DNA of 64,000 bases from the NCBI GenBank assembly GCA_050251875.1, contig JBFWMA010000002.1, positions 342,606 through 406,605 of the forward strand. The letters run 5' to 3'. This DNA is from Deferribacterales bacterium. Lineage in GTDB: Bacteria > Chrysiogenota > Deferribacteres > Deferribacterales > Geovibrionaceae. Under the pieces are notes generated by a model that was given only the letters and a program-made list of their open reading frames with translations, did not search any database and was not told the origin of the DNA. How positions within the stretch are numbered: position 1 is the first letter of the stretch; each line of letters starts with the position of its first letter. Shown piece by piece: positions 1 through 8,631 of this stretch. The position numbers were made by a program, and so were the translations under genes.

Positions 1-420
1 CGTCTCTGTTATAAGGAGGACGATCACCTCTGTTGTACTGAGGTCTGTCGCCGCCTTGTCCGTCTCTGTTATAAGGAGGACGATCACCTCTGTTGTACTG
101 AGGTCTGTCGCCGCCTTGTCCGTCTCTATTATAAGGGGGACGATCACCTCTGTTATATTGAGGTCTGTCTCCACCCTGTCCGTCTCTGTTGTAAGGAGGA
201 CGATCGCCTCTGTTATACTGAGGTCTGTCTCCGCCTTGTCCGTCTCTATTATAAGGGGGACGATCGCCTCTGTTATATTGAGGTCTGTCTCCGCCCTGTC
301 CGTCTCTATTATAAGGGGGACGATCGCCTCTGTTATATTGAGGTCTGTCGCCACCCTGCCCGTCTCTGTTGTACTGAGGACGGTCACCGCCTCTGTTGTC
401 CCTGTTATACTGGGGACGGT
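1..420 (-). repeat. Coding tandem repeat, 60-bp unit, six full copies (1-360) plus a degenerate copy, encoding GQGGDRPQYNRGDRPPYNRD
   Basis: Consecutive 60-nt lines align without gaps; 1-60 and 61-120 are identical; in frame with infB; truncated by the window edge. Confidence 0.97.
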
Positions 421-1057
421 CACCCTGCTGACGGGGAGCACCCTGTGTTCTGTCATTCTGGTTTCTGTCGTATTGGGGACGGTCAGTGCGTTCCTGTCTG
501 GGTCTCTGCTGAGAACCTTCCTGAACACTTGTGGTCTGTTCGGATTTTTCCTGAACCGGCGCAGCTTCAGCGGCTGCGGGTTTATTATCAGAATCTTCAG
601 TTGTGCTCACTTTGACCTGCTCCTGCTTAGGCTTGGGCTCCTGAGCCTCATGCCTTGCTTCATCATGAGTGGGGTTAGTTTGCTGCGGCTGAGTTTCCTC
701 AGAACCGTCATTGTTCTCTCTATATTCGTCAACAGTGCGAATTGTATTCTCAAGTTTTTTCTTTCTGTCTATCAGTTCCTGCTTAGATATCTTGCGAACA
801 GTATCGGTATCGGATGAATTAACTTTAACTTCTCTGGATTTCGGATGTCTTTTGTGACGCTCCATAGCTTTTTTCAGCATTTCCTGTCGTTTATCCAGCT
901 GAAGATGCTTGGGGTCGAGCCCGAACGTCTTAACAGCGTCATCAGACACAGACCCATCCTCGGATACTTTGTGTCCCGCCTCTGTCAGCGTATTTTTCAG
1001 TTCATCTTCGCTTTTGCCGATCTTCTTCGCTATATCAGTCAGTTTGATTCCAGACAT
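1..1057 (-). CDS. infB: Translation initiation factor IF-2, N-terminal part (continues beyond window start)
   Basis: Not in the ORF track because there is no stop in the window. Hand translation from ATG 1057 is open for 352 codons (MSGIKLTDIAKKIGKSEDELKNTL...). IF2_N-like start and position after rimP-nusA-ylxR. The GTPase domain is outside the window, so identity rests mainly on synteny. Confidence 0.88.
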   Translation of the reverse strand, partial: MSGIKLTDIAKKIGKSEDELKNTLTEAGHKVSEDGSVSDDAVKTFGLDPKHLQLDKRQEMLKKAMERHKRHPKSREVKVNSSDTDTVRKISKQELIDRKKKLENTIRTVDEYRENNDGSEETQPQQTNPTHDEARHEAQEPKPKQEQVKVSTTEDSDNKPAAAEAAPVQEKSEQTTSVQEGSQQRPRQERTDRPQYDRNQNDRTQGAPRQQGDRPQYNRDNRGGDRPQYNRDGQGGDRPQYNRGDRPPYNRDGQGGDRPQYNRGDRPPYNRDGQGGDRPQYNRGDRPPYNRDGQGGDRPQYNRGDRPPYNRDGQGGDRPQYNRGDRPPYNRDGQGGDRPQYNRGDRPPYNRD

Positions 1058-1064
1058 ATTAATT

Positions 1065-1295
1065 TCACCCTGTTTTACGGTTCCGTCTTAATTGGTTACT
1101 TTGCAGAGACCTTTTCAGCTTGTTTTTTTCGATTCCAATTTCTCTGCACTTTTCATTGTCGCAGACATAGGCCCCTCGCCCATGACCGCTCTTTCTAACG
1201 TCTTCCTGTGGTACGCTTTCCAGAGTGAACCTTATCAGTTCATGTTTTTCTCTTTTGGCGCCGCAGGCAACGCAGGTTCGGATAACTCTCTTCAT
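1065..1295 (-). CDS. ylxR: YlxR/DUF448 family RNA-binding protein
   Basis: RTCVAC, ELIRF and GRGAYVC motifs; lies between nusA and infB. Confidence 0.9.
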   Translation of the reverse strand: MKRVIRTCVACGAKREKHELIRFTLESVPQEDVRKSGHGRGAYVCDNEKCREIGIEKNKLKRSLQSNQLRRNRKTG

Positions 1296-2629
1296 TACTC
1301 GCTGTCTTCTTCGGTCTCCTCTGCTTCAGTTTCCTGAGCTTCAATTTCCTCGAACTTGCTGGCAAGGAAGTCGATAGCGTTGTTGATTATATTCACCGCT
1401 TCGTCCTCTCCTTTTTCCAGAGCATGCGCAACCTCCTGAGGGCTGGCGTTGGAAAGTTTTTCGATATCTTCCAGTCCGGCTTCCATCAGTTTGGACATCT
1501 CATCCTGTGAGAATATCTCCAGGTTTTCGAGGCTGTATATTTCATAGAAATCTTTCATTTCCTGTTCCTGCTCCTGCATACGCTCTTTTCTGATTTCGGC
1601 GTACTCGGATTCTTTCAGGACGTCCAGTCTCCACTCGGTCAGTTTGGCTGCCAGACGAACGTTCTGTCCTTTCTTGCCGATGGCGAGTGAGAGCTGATCG
1701 TCAGGAACAACGATCTCTATAGTGTCTTCGTCTTCAAATACGTTGGTGAGAACAACCTCCGCCGGAGAGATAGCGTTGCATACGAACTTGATAGGATCCG
1801 GAGACCATTCTATCACGTCTATCTTCTCTCCTCTGAGCTCTGTGCTGATGGCGTTGATACGAACACCTTTCAGACCGATACAGGCTCCCACGGGGTCTAT
1901 GCTGCTGTTCATGGTATAAACGGCTACTTTTGCTCTGTCGCCGGGTTCTCTTGAAACAGCTTTTACATCGATAATACCTTCATATACTTCAGGAATCTCA
2001 ACCTCGAACAGTTTTCTGAGGAACTGGGGGTGAGTTCTGGAAAGCACCAGCTGAGGCCAGCCTTTTATCATTTTTATGTCGAGCAGCAGAGCTCTGACAT
2101 AGTCGCCTCTGTTATAAAAATCTCCGCCGATCATCTCACGTTTGGGCATGATGGCTTCTGTTTTTCCGATATTGATGATGAGGTTGTCTCTGTCGGTCTT
2201 CAGAACGACACCGTTGACAACATCACCCACTCTGTCCTGGAACTGATCCAGAACAACCTGTTTCTCAGCTTCTCTGATCTTTTCGAACAGTTTCTGTTTG
2301 GCCACCAGAGCCGCTTGTCTGCCGAGATCCTCCAGAGTGGCGGGAACCATGACAACATCGCCCAGCTGGGGATTTTCTTTATATTTATCAGCTTCATCGA
2401 TGTGTACTTCAGTCCATTTGTCATCCACGCTTTCGCAGACTTCTTTGGGAAGCATTATATCTATGATGCCTTTATCGATATCAACTATAACATCCGGCTC
2501 TAAAAGTTTGCCGATTTTTCTGGCTACAGCGGCCAGTATGGATTCTCTGAGAGCGTCACAGAGGATATCTCTGGATATACCTTTCTCTCTTCCCAGTTCA
2601 TCGACAACTTTCGTCAGTTCCTTGCTCAT
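1295..2629 (-). CDS. nusA: Transcription termination/antitermination factor NusA
   Basis: S1 and KH motifs (LSRTHP, REPGDRAK, DPVGACIG, SLAIGKKGQNVRLA) and an acidic C-terminal extension. Confidence 0.97.
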   Translation of the reverse strand: MSKELTKVVDELGREKGISRDILCDALRESILAAVARKIGKLLEPDVIVDIDKGIIDIMLPKEVCESVDDKWTEVHIDEADKYKENPQLGDVVMVPATLEDLGRQAALVAKQKLFEKIREAEKQVVLDQFQDRVGDVVNGVVLKTDRDNLIINIGKTEAIMPKREMIGGDFYNRGDYVRALLLDIKMIKGWPQLVLSRTHPQFLRKLFEVEIPEVYEGIIDVKAVSREPGDRAKVAVYTMNSSIDPVGACIGLKGVRINAISTELRGEKIDVIEWSPDPIKFVCNAISPAEVVLTNVFEDEDTIEIVVPDDQLSLAIGKKGQNVRLAAKLTEWRLDVLKESEYAEIRKERMQEQEQEMKDFYEIYSLENLEIFSQDEMSKLMEAGLEDIEKLSNASPQEVAHALEKGEDEAVNIINNAIDFLASKFEEIEAQETEAEETEEDSE

Positions 2630-2637
2630 TGCTCCTC

Positions 2638-3123
2638 CTAAAACTCAACCTCAAGATTGGCCTTGGAAATATTTTCAATATTTATATTAAAAGTTTTGTT
2701 CTCTTTTTCTACAAACAGCTCGACACTGTTTTCAGCGGCGTTTTTTATCACGCCTGTGTAGCTGGCTCTGCCGGATTCGTCTTTTGTTTTTGTAATTATC
2801 TTACATTTACGCCCTTTGTATCTGACAAAATCATCCTGCGAACGCAGGGGGCGCATCAGACCGGGAGTGGATACCTCCAGCATATAGTTTTCGAAAGGTA
2901 TCAGCGATTCGTCAGAATCAAGAAAAGCTGAAACCAGTCTGCTGGCTTCGGAACAGTCGTCAATGCCAGCGCCTTTGACTGTATCTATCGTAATTCTCAA
3001 GACTTTTCCGGTTGATTCGCTTCTGAGAGTGATGTCAAAAAGTTCGAACCCCTTCTCTTTAAGAAGAGAGACGATTGCGGGTCTGATTTTTTCAATAACA
3101 ATTTTGTTGGCAGGGTTTTTCAT
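2638..3123 (-). CDS. rimP: Ribosome maturation factor RimP
   Basis: LRITID, IDDC and YMLEVSTPGLMRPL motifs. Start moved to ATG 3123 (GGAG upstream); the ORF-track start 3204 falls in the predicted -35 box. Confidence 0.93.
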   Translation of the reverse strand: MKNPANKIVIEKIRPAIVSLLKEKGFELFDITLRSESTGKVLRITIDTVKGAGIDDCSEASRLVSAFLDSDESLIPFENYMLEVSTPGLMRPLRSQDDFVRYKGRKCKIITKTKDESGRASYTGVIKNAAENSVELFVEKENKTFNINIENISKANLEVEF

Positions 3124-3141
3124 CTGGCTCCGAAAGTACAC

Positions 3142-3167
3142 AAAAAAATTGGCGGGCAAAGCCCACC
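3142..3167 (-). promoter_or_regulatory. rimP leader terminator-like hairpin (attenuator candidate)
   Basis: Minus strand GGTGGGC-TTT-GCCCGCC followed by AATTTTTTT, between the predicted promoter and the rimP start; resembles the described rimP leader motif. Confidence 0.7.
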
Positions 3168-3175
3168 TGAACAGG

Positions 3176-3204
3176 AAACTATCACATGCTTTCGCAAATA
3201 GCAA
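3176..3204 (-). promoter_or_regulatory. sigma70-type promoter of rimP-nusA-infB
   Basis: TTGCTA-17 bp-TAGTTT with a TGn extension. Confidence 0.55.
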
Positions 3205-3239
3205 GTCTTTTCTTTCAGAAGTGCCGATGAACGGGTATT

Positions 3240-4145
3240 TCAGATAAAGAAGTATCCGTGTTCCAGCTCATATATCTTCTTCAGAAATCTGTCCAGAATG
3301 GAGGGGTCGGAACAGCCGTGACCTCCGATGTGTATTCCGGGTTTGATTCGTTCGCCGTGGAAGTCGCTTCCGGCTGTTATCATGAGCCCGTGCTTCACGG
3401 CTATGTCTATGTAATACTTCATCTTTTCTTCATCGTGATATGTGCTGTAGGCTTCTATTCCGGATATGCCGTCTATCAGCAGATCCTCTATCTTTTTGTC
3501 TTTATAAACAGCGGGATGGGCTATCGACAGAACAGCCTGATCTTTCAGCTTGTTCACCGTATCCTCAAAGTCCAGCATGCGCACGTCCACCCACGCCTTG
3601 CCGCCTTTGGTGAAATAATCGAAGTAAAAATTGGTGAACGGAGATACCGCCTTCTCCCCTTCCAGATAGTCGTGGAGCATTTCGGCGTTCTCTTTGTGTC
3701 TGGAGAGCACAGTGAGAAAAGTTACGCCGGAAGGAGTCTTTCCGCCTCCGGCTCTCATCAGCTCGTCATAGTCTATGGTAAATCCCATGTCCTGAAGTTT
3801 CTCAACTCTCATCTGAGTCTGCATGTCTCTGTTGTGCTTAAATGTTTCCAGAATACCTGCAATCACGTTGCAGCTTTCGTTGAACCCGTAAGCGCAGACG
3901 TGTATCTCCCTGTCGCCGTGATAGGTGGAGAGCTCCACTCCGTTGATGAACATAGTCTTTGAGCCGTAACGGTCTTTATACCACTTTATCTCGTTGCATG
4001 CGGCAACAGTGTTGTGATCTGTGATGGAGAATAGATTCATGCCTCTGGAACGTACCACTGTGAGTATCTGAGGCACGGAAAGAACACCGTCGGAGCTGTG
4101 GGATGAATGCATGTGAAGGTCGAATCCTTTTACATCAAAATCCAT
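3240..4145 (-). CDS. PHP-domain phosphoesterase (TrpH/YciV-like)
   Basis: DLHMHSSHSDG, ITDHNT, GVELS, AHP and GSDFHG motifs. Confidence 0.9.
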   Translation of the reverse strand: MDFDVKGFDLHMHSSHSSDGVLSVPQILTVVRSRGMNLFSITDHNTVAACNEIKWYKDRYGSKTMFINGVELSTYHGDREIHVCAYGFNESCNVIAGILETFKHNRDMQTQMRVEKLQDMGFTIDYDELMRAGGGKTPSGVTFLTVLSRHKENAEMLHDYLEGEKAVSPFTNFYFDYFTKGGKAWVDVRMLDFEDTVNKLKDQAVLSIAHPAVYKDKKIEDLLIDGISGIEAYSTYHDEEKMKYYIDIAVKHGLMITAGSDFHGERIKPGIHIGGHGCSDPSILDRFLKKIYELEHGYFFI

Positions 4146-4170
4146 TCCACAGCCTCCTTACGGTAAAATG

Positions 4171-4743
4171 TTAAATATTGTAGCCTGTCTCAAATGCCTT
4201 GAGGTTCAGGTCAATTGTTTTCGGGGGGACTCTGTCTCTGATCGCCTGTTCCCATGCTGATTTCTCGAAGGGAACGTTCTTGGCGAGGATGCCCAGAACC
4301 ACCATACCGGCTATTTTCTGGTTGCCCAGCTCTATCGCTTTGCTGATGGCATCGACCTCGATCACCTTTTTCAGAGATTTCTGAGCGGCGTCTATCTTAT
4401 CCTGAGGATACTGCGCCTCTCCGTCTGCCACAGATGGCGGAGAGATGATCTGGGTGTTTTGTATCAGCGTCATGTTATCTGAATAATATTCAGAATACCT
4501 TAAAAATTCCATTCTTTCAAAAGAAACGAGAATATCGGCGCTTTTAAGGGGAATTGTGGGCGCGAAAACCTTCTCGCCTATGCGGATGTGGGTAACCACG
4601 CTTCCGCCCCTCTGAGCCATACCGTGTATCTCGCTCTTTTTAACGTCATATCCGGCTGCCAGAGCCACGTCACAGACGATGTTGCTGGAGAGAACGGTAC
4701 CCTGTCCGCCTACTCCTACCATGAGTATATCCAGTTTCATCAT
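4171..4743 (-). CDS. iorB: Indolepyruvate:ferredoxin oxidoreductase beta subunit
   Basis: GVGGQG and SEIHGMAQRGGSV motifs; ATG 4743 overlaps the iorA stop (ATGA). Confidence 0.93.
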   Translation of the reverse strand: MMKLDILMVGVGGQGTVLSSNIVCDVALAAGYDVKKSEIHGMAQRGGSVVTHIRIGEKVFAPTIPLKSADILVSFERMEFLRYSEYYSDNMTLIQNTQIISPPSVADGEAQYPQDKIDAAQKSLKKVIEVDAISKAIELGNQKIAGMVVLGILAKNVPFEKSAWEQAIRDRVPPKTIDLNLKAFETGYNI

Positions 4744-6476
4744 TTGCTCCTTTGCTCTATAGCGCCAAATTTGCACACCTTAATGCAGAGGTGGCATCCG
4801 GTGCAGAGGTTTTCGTCTATCAGAGCGACACGCTTCTGAGCGTCCCAGATGATGGCGGGACAGCCGAGTTTTGTACACACACGGCATCCGCTGCATTTAT
4901 CCTCATGGATGAAATATGGTTCTTGTATCACGCTTCTGTCGGCGAAGATACATGGTTTGTTGGTAATAATAACACTGGGTTCGGGCTTGGATGTCTCTTC
5001 TTTCAGGACCTCCATAGCGTTTACCACGTCAAAGGGATCGATAACACGGATGTTGGATTCCCTGACGCCGATGGCTTTGCACAGCATCACCAGATCGAGC
5101 TTAGGAGCGGGATTTCCGTGGAAATCTTTACCTGAGGCGGCGTTCTGCTGGTGTCCTGTCATACCTGTTATGGTGTTGTCAAGGATCACTACTGTGGAGT
5201 TGCCCTGATTATATACTGTGTTCACAAGGCTGTTAATGCCTGTGTGGAGGAATGTCGAGTCGCCTATGACCGCCACGGATTTCTGAGACATGCCTTCAGA
5301 CGCCTTGTCCAGCCCGTGAGCCATGCCGATGCTGGCGCCCATGCAGACTGTGGAGTTGATCGCCTTCAGAGGAGGCAGAAGACCCAGAGTGTAGCAGCCT
5401 ATGTCGCCTGTTACGAAGAGTTTCAGCCTGTTGATGGCATAAAAAATTCCTCTGTGCGAGCATCCGGGGCACATATTGGGCGGGCGGAAAGGAAGTGTGG
5501 TGTCCACATCCGCCTGAACAGGCTCCAGTCCGAAAAGGTCTCTCACAGCATCCACGGAAAGCTCTCCGCAGACGTCTCTGTTCAGTTCCTCTACTTTTAT
5601 TCCGGCGGCTCTGATCTCTGTTTCAAAGAACTTATCGAGTTCTTCGACTACATAGAGTTTTTCCACCTGAGAAGCGAATGACGCTATCTTTTTCATGGGC
5701 AGGGGCCATGCGAAGTCGAGCTTCAGCACGGATGCTGACGGCATGGCTTCTTTCACATAGTTATAGGCAACGCCTGCGCAGACGATACCTGTCTTTTTGT
5801 CATTCATCTCTATTTTGTTATATTTGTCACCCTCGCAGAGCTCTGTGAGCATCTCGAGTCTGTTCTCCACAACCTTATGCCTTTTTCTGGCATTGGCGGG
5901 TATCATAACCCATTTCGGGATATTGTTTTCCGGAGCGAAGTTAGGAGCCTCCACCCTGTCGTTCAGTTCAACGACTGTCTGGGTGTGGGATATCCTTGTG
6001 CAGGAACGCAGGAGCACGGGGGTGCAGTATTCTTCTGAAATCTCAAAAGCCTGTTTGGTGAATTCCTTCACCTCGGCAGAGTCTGCGGGCTCCAGCATGG
6101 GCACTTTGCCGAAACGGGCATAGTGTCTGCTGTCCTGTTCGTTCTGAGAGCTGTACATATTAGGGTCGTCAGCCACAACGACAACCAGTCCGGCGTTCAC
6201 ACCGGTGTATGAAAGAGTCATCAGCGGGTCAGCGGCAACGTTCAGACCCACATGCTTCATGCAGGACATTGCTCTCTTTCCGCCGAGGCTCGCGCCGATA
6301 GCCACCTCGAGACCAACCTTTTCGTTGGTTGCCCATTCGGTGTATATCTCTTTATAGTGAGCGACATGCTCAGTGATCTCGGTACTGGGCGTACCAGGGT
6401 ATGAGCTTACAACGCCCACACCTGCTTCATATGCGGCACGGGCGAAAGCCTCGTTTCCGCTCAAAACTTTTTTCAT
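4740..6476 (-). CDS. iorA: Indolepyruvate:ferredoxin oxidoreductase alpha subunit
   Basis: SGNEAFARA, YPGTPSTEI, MKHVGLN, CPGCSHR, GDIGCY, TPP-binding GDSTFLH and a C-terminal 2x[4Fe-4S] domain; start at TGATG overlap. Confidence 0.95.
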   Translation of the reverse strand: MKKVLSGNEAFARAAYEAGVGVVSSYPGTPSTEITEHVAHYKEIYTEWATNEKVGLEVAIGASLGGKRAMSCMKHVGLNVAADPLMTLSYTGVNAGLVVVVADDPNMYSSQNEQDSRHYARFGKVPMLEPADSAEVKEFTKQAFEISEEYCTPVLLRSCTRISHTQTVVELNDRVEAPNFAPENNIPKWVMIPANARKRHKVVENRLEMLTELCEGDKYNKIEMNDKKTGIVCAGVAYNYVKEAMPSASVLKLDFAWPLPMKKIASFASQVEKLYVVEELDKFFETEIRAAGIKVEELNRDVCGELSVDAVRDLFGLEPVQADVDTTLPFRPPNMCPGCSHRGIFYAINRLKLFVTGDIGCYTLGLLPPLKAINSTVCMGASIGMAHGLDKASEGMSQKSVAVIGDSTFLHTGINSLVNTVYNQGNSTVVILDNTITGMTGHQQNAASGKDFHGNPAPKLDLVMLCKAIGVRESNIRVIDPFDVVNAMEVLKEETSKPEPSVIITNKPCIFADRSVIQEPYFIHEDKCSGCRVCTKLGCPAIIWDAQKRVALIDENLCTGCHLCIKVCKFGAIEQRSK

Positions 6477-7054
6477 CAGCCATTCCACCTTTTAAGCTGT
6501 TTTAAGAGCTCGCTGTCGGGATAGTTCTTTTCAAACTCGCTCATCAGCTTCGATTTATCCTCGCCAACAGCGGCGAGACAAGCTCTGTAGTACCATACAG
6601 AACCAAGTTTTCCTTTTCCGATATATTTCACAGGGTCGATCTCCGCTGTGCCTGTGTCGTAACGCAGGCTGTCAGCCAGCTCGTTGAACTCGCCCGCGGC
6701 TGTTCCCAGAGGAGCGGAGGCATTTTGCATATCTTTTTTCTCAACCAGCAGCTCAGCGGCTTTCAGGTTTATATAGTCGCCTGCAGAGGGCAGATCAGAT
6801 GACGCTTTCACATATTCAGCGACATTCTCAGGATTGGCGTCTGACATTACAGCTATCATCTCAAGCTGACCTATTTTGTTGGTGAGCATCTGATTTTTGG
6901 AATCTGACATCTTGGTATAGGTATATATCAGAAGAAACACGATCAGAAGACCGGCAACACCGGCGAGCATTTTTTTAAAGTTTTTCGCAACAAAATGCTC
7001 CACCTTATCGATAGGTTCTTCCTCAATATTCATAACCTTTTTATTTCTATTCAC
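6476..7054 (-). CDS. Membrane-anchored hypothetical protein (possibly YfgM/TPR-like)
   Basis: Single N-terminal hydrophobic helix, helical remainder, translationally coupled on both sides. Family assignment is tentative. Confidence 0.65.
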   Translation of the reverse strand: MNRNKKVMNIEEEPIDKVEHFVAKNFKKMLAGVAGLLIVFLLIYTYTKMSDSKNQMLTNKIGQLEMIAVMSDANPENVAEYVKASSDLPSAGDYINLKAAELLVEKKDMQNASAPLGTAAGEFNELADSLRYDTGTAEIDPVKYIGKGKLGSVWYYRACLAAVGEDKSKLMSEFEKNYPDSELLKQLKRWNG

Positions 7055-7719
7055 TTCCTGCCTCCATAGAGTTTGTTAAACAGTTTTATATTATTTTCAA
7101 ATACTTTATCTATCTGCGCCTCATCGAGTCCGGCTCCTGCCAGAATCTTTCTGGCGTGGTCGTATTTCGCCCTGTCGCCGGGAGCATGATAATCGTTGTT
7201 GATTACCAGTTCGCCGTTCATGGATGTCACCAGCTTAGCAACGTGCCCGTTGGTTATGCTGTGTCCTTTTCTGGTGGATATCTCGAAATAGACGCCTTTG
7301 TCTATTCCTTTCCGCACTATTTCAGGGGTGATAAGCCCGGGGTGCGCCAGAATATCCACTCCGGCATCCACAGCCGCCTCATTGGTGCCTTCAGCCACCG
7401 GCTCCACAATGGTCTCGCCGTGCACGACTATTATGTCCGCTCCGGCTTTTCTGCATTTGTCTGTGAGCCCGCCTATCTTCTCCGGACGGACGTGTGTTAT
7501 CTCCACTCCGACTATGACTTTGAAGTCATTGTCGGAGCTGTTGAACTCTTCCTTGAACCGGAGCTGGTTCTCTATAATCATCATATAGTTCGATTCGTCT
7601 GCGTGGTCTGTGAGAGCCATGCCGGAATATCCGTCCATCATCGCCCTGCGCACTGATTCCGCAGGGATGAGAACACCATCGCTGAATGTCGTATGTGTGT
7701 GCAGATCGTACATTTTCAT
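7051..7719 (-). CDS. PHP-family (histidinol-phosphatase-like domain) protein
   Basis: DLHTHTTFSDG, TDHAD, GVEITHV, HGETIVEPV, ILAHPG motifs. Confidence 0.88.
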   Translation of the reverse strand: MKMYDLHTHTTFSDGVLIPAESVRRAMMDGYSGMALTDHADESNYMMIIENQLRFKEEFNSSDNDFKVIVGVEITHVRPEKIGGLTDKCRKAGADIIVVHGETIVEPVAEGTNEAAVDAGVDILAHPGLITPEIVRKGIDKGVYFEISTRKGHSITNGHVAKLVTSMNGELVINNDYHAPGDRAKYDHARKILAGAGLDEAQIDKVFENNIKLFNKLYGGRK

Positions 7720-8402
7720 TAGACTGTCCTGTTAGCGTCCAGAAACTGACGGACAACGGTGAGAACCTCGTCCGCAGTGTCCACTACCTGAAGATAGTTC
7801 AGATCCGCTTTGGATATGAAACCTTCGTCAAGCATGCGTTCCTTGATCCATCCTACCAGCCCGCCCCAATACGCAGAATCCACAAGTATTGTGGGGAATG
7901 GAATGATCTTTCCTGTCTGAATGAGGGTGATAGATTCAAAAAGTTCGTCCATAGTACCGAATCCACCGGGGAGAATGACAAAAGCGCTGGCATATTTCAC
8001 CAGCATCACCTTGCGCACAAAGAAATAATCGAATGTAACGCTCTTTGTGATGTAGGGGTTTGCCTTCTGCTCGAACGGCAGTTTGATGTTAAGACCGATG
8101 GAGCGTCCGCCCTGATCGAAAGCGCCTCTGTTGGCAGCCTCCATAATGCCGGGACCGCCGCCTGTAAGAACTGTGATGCCTTCGGCAGCCAGTTTTTTAC
8201 CTATGGTCATGGCGAGTTTGTACCGGTCATCGTCCTCTTTCACACGGGCAGAGCCGAACACAGTAACAGCAGGCTCAATTCCTGAGAGTTTTTCAAATCC
8301 TTCCACAAATTCGGCGAGAATCTTGAATATCCGCCAGGTATCGCCAACCTTCATATCGTCAATCAAATACTGCATTTCGTCATAGCCGATGCAATTTTTC
8401 AT
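7719..8402 (-). CDS. LOG-family (TIGR00730) nucleotide phosphoribohydrolase
   Basis: FGSAR, TGGGPGIMEA, FFVRK and PGGFGTMDE motifs. Confidence 0.92.
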   Translation of the reverse strand: MKNCIGYDEMQYLIDDMKVGDTWRIFKILAEFVEGFEKLSGIEPAVTVFGSARVKEDDDRYKLAMTIGKKLAAEGITVLTGGGPGIMEAANRGAFDQGGRSIGLNIKLPFEQKANPYITKSVTFDYFFVRKVMLVKYASAFVILPGGFGTMDELFESITLIQTGKIIPFPTILVDSAYWGGLVGWIKERMLDEGFISKADLNYLQVVDTADEVLTVVRQFLDANRTV

Positions 8403-8594
8403 CTGTCACCTTTCTCTCTCTGAATCCAATAAAATACACAAGATAAATGATTATATCAACAAGCAATTTAAAAGAGGATGATTATTATGTTAACTTGTTC
8501 AGAGGTCTGATATACATAAAGATAATAAAATTTATTCGAGCGCAAACATAACCAATAACCAATTTAAATATATTTAATGTGTTAAACTATCCTG

Positions 8595-8631
8595 TTGACA
8601 ATTTATGAGATGTATACTAATTTAATCTCAT
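8595..8631 (+). promoter_or_regulatory. Predicted leaderless promoter of the MarR gene with overlapping inverted repeat
   Basis: TTGACA(8595-8600)-17 bp-TAATTT(8618-8623)-6 bp-ATG(8630); ATGAGAT(8605-8611)...ATCTCAT(8625-8631); no SD. Confidence 0.65.

Noticed and set aside
1..420. 60-bp periodic repeat as a CRISPR or non-coding array
   Set aside because: Units are contiguous with no unique spacers, no cas genes are nearby, and all variation is synonymous in the infB frame.
56..817. 253-aa plus-strand repetitive ORF
   Set aside because: Antisense shadow of infB; repeat variation changes amino acids in this frame but is silent on the minus strand.
4171..8402. LOG plus indolepyruvate oxidoreductase as a cytokinin/auxin phytohormone cluster
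   Set aside because: Both families are widespread housekeeping enzymes in anaerobes and no isopentenyltransferase or other supporting gene is present.
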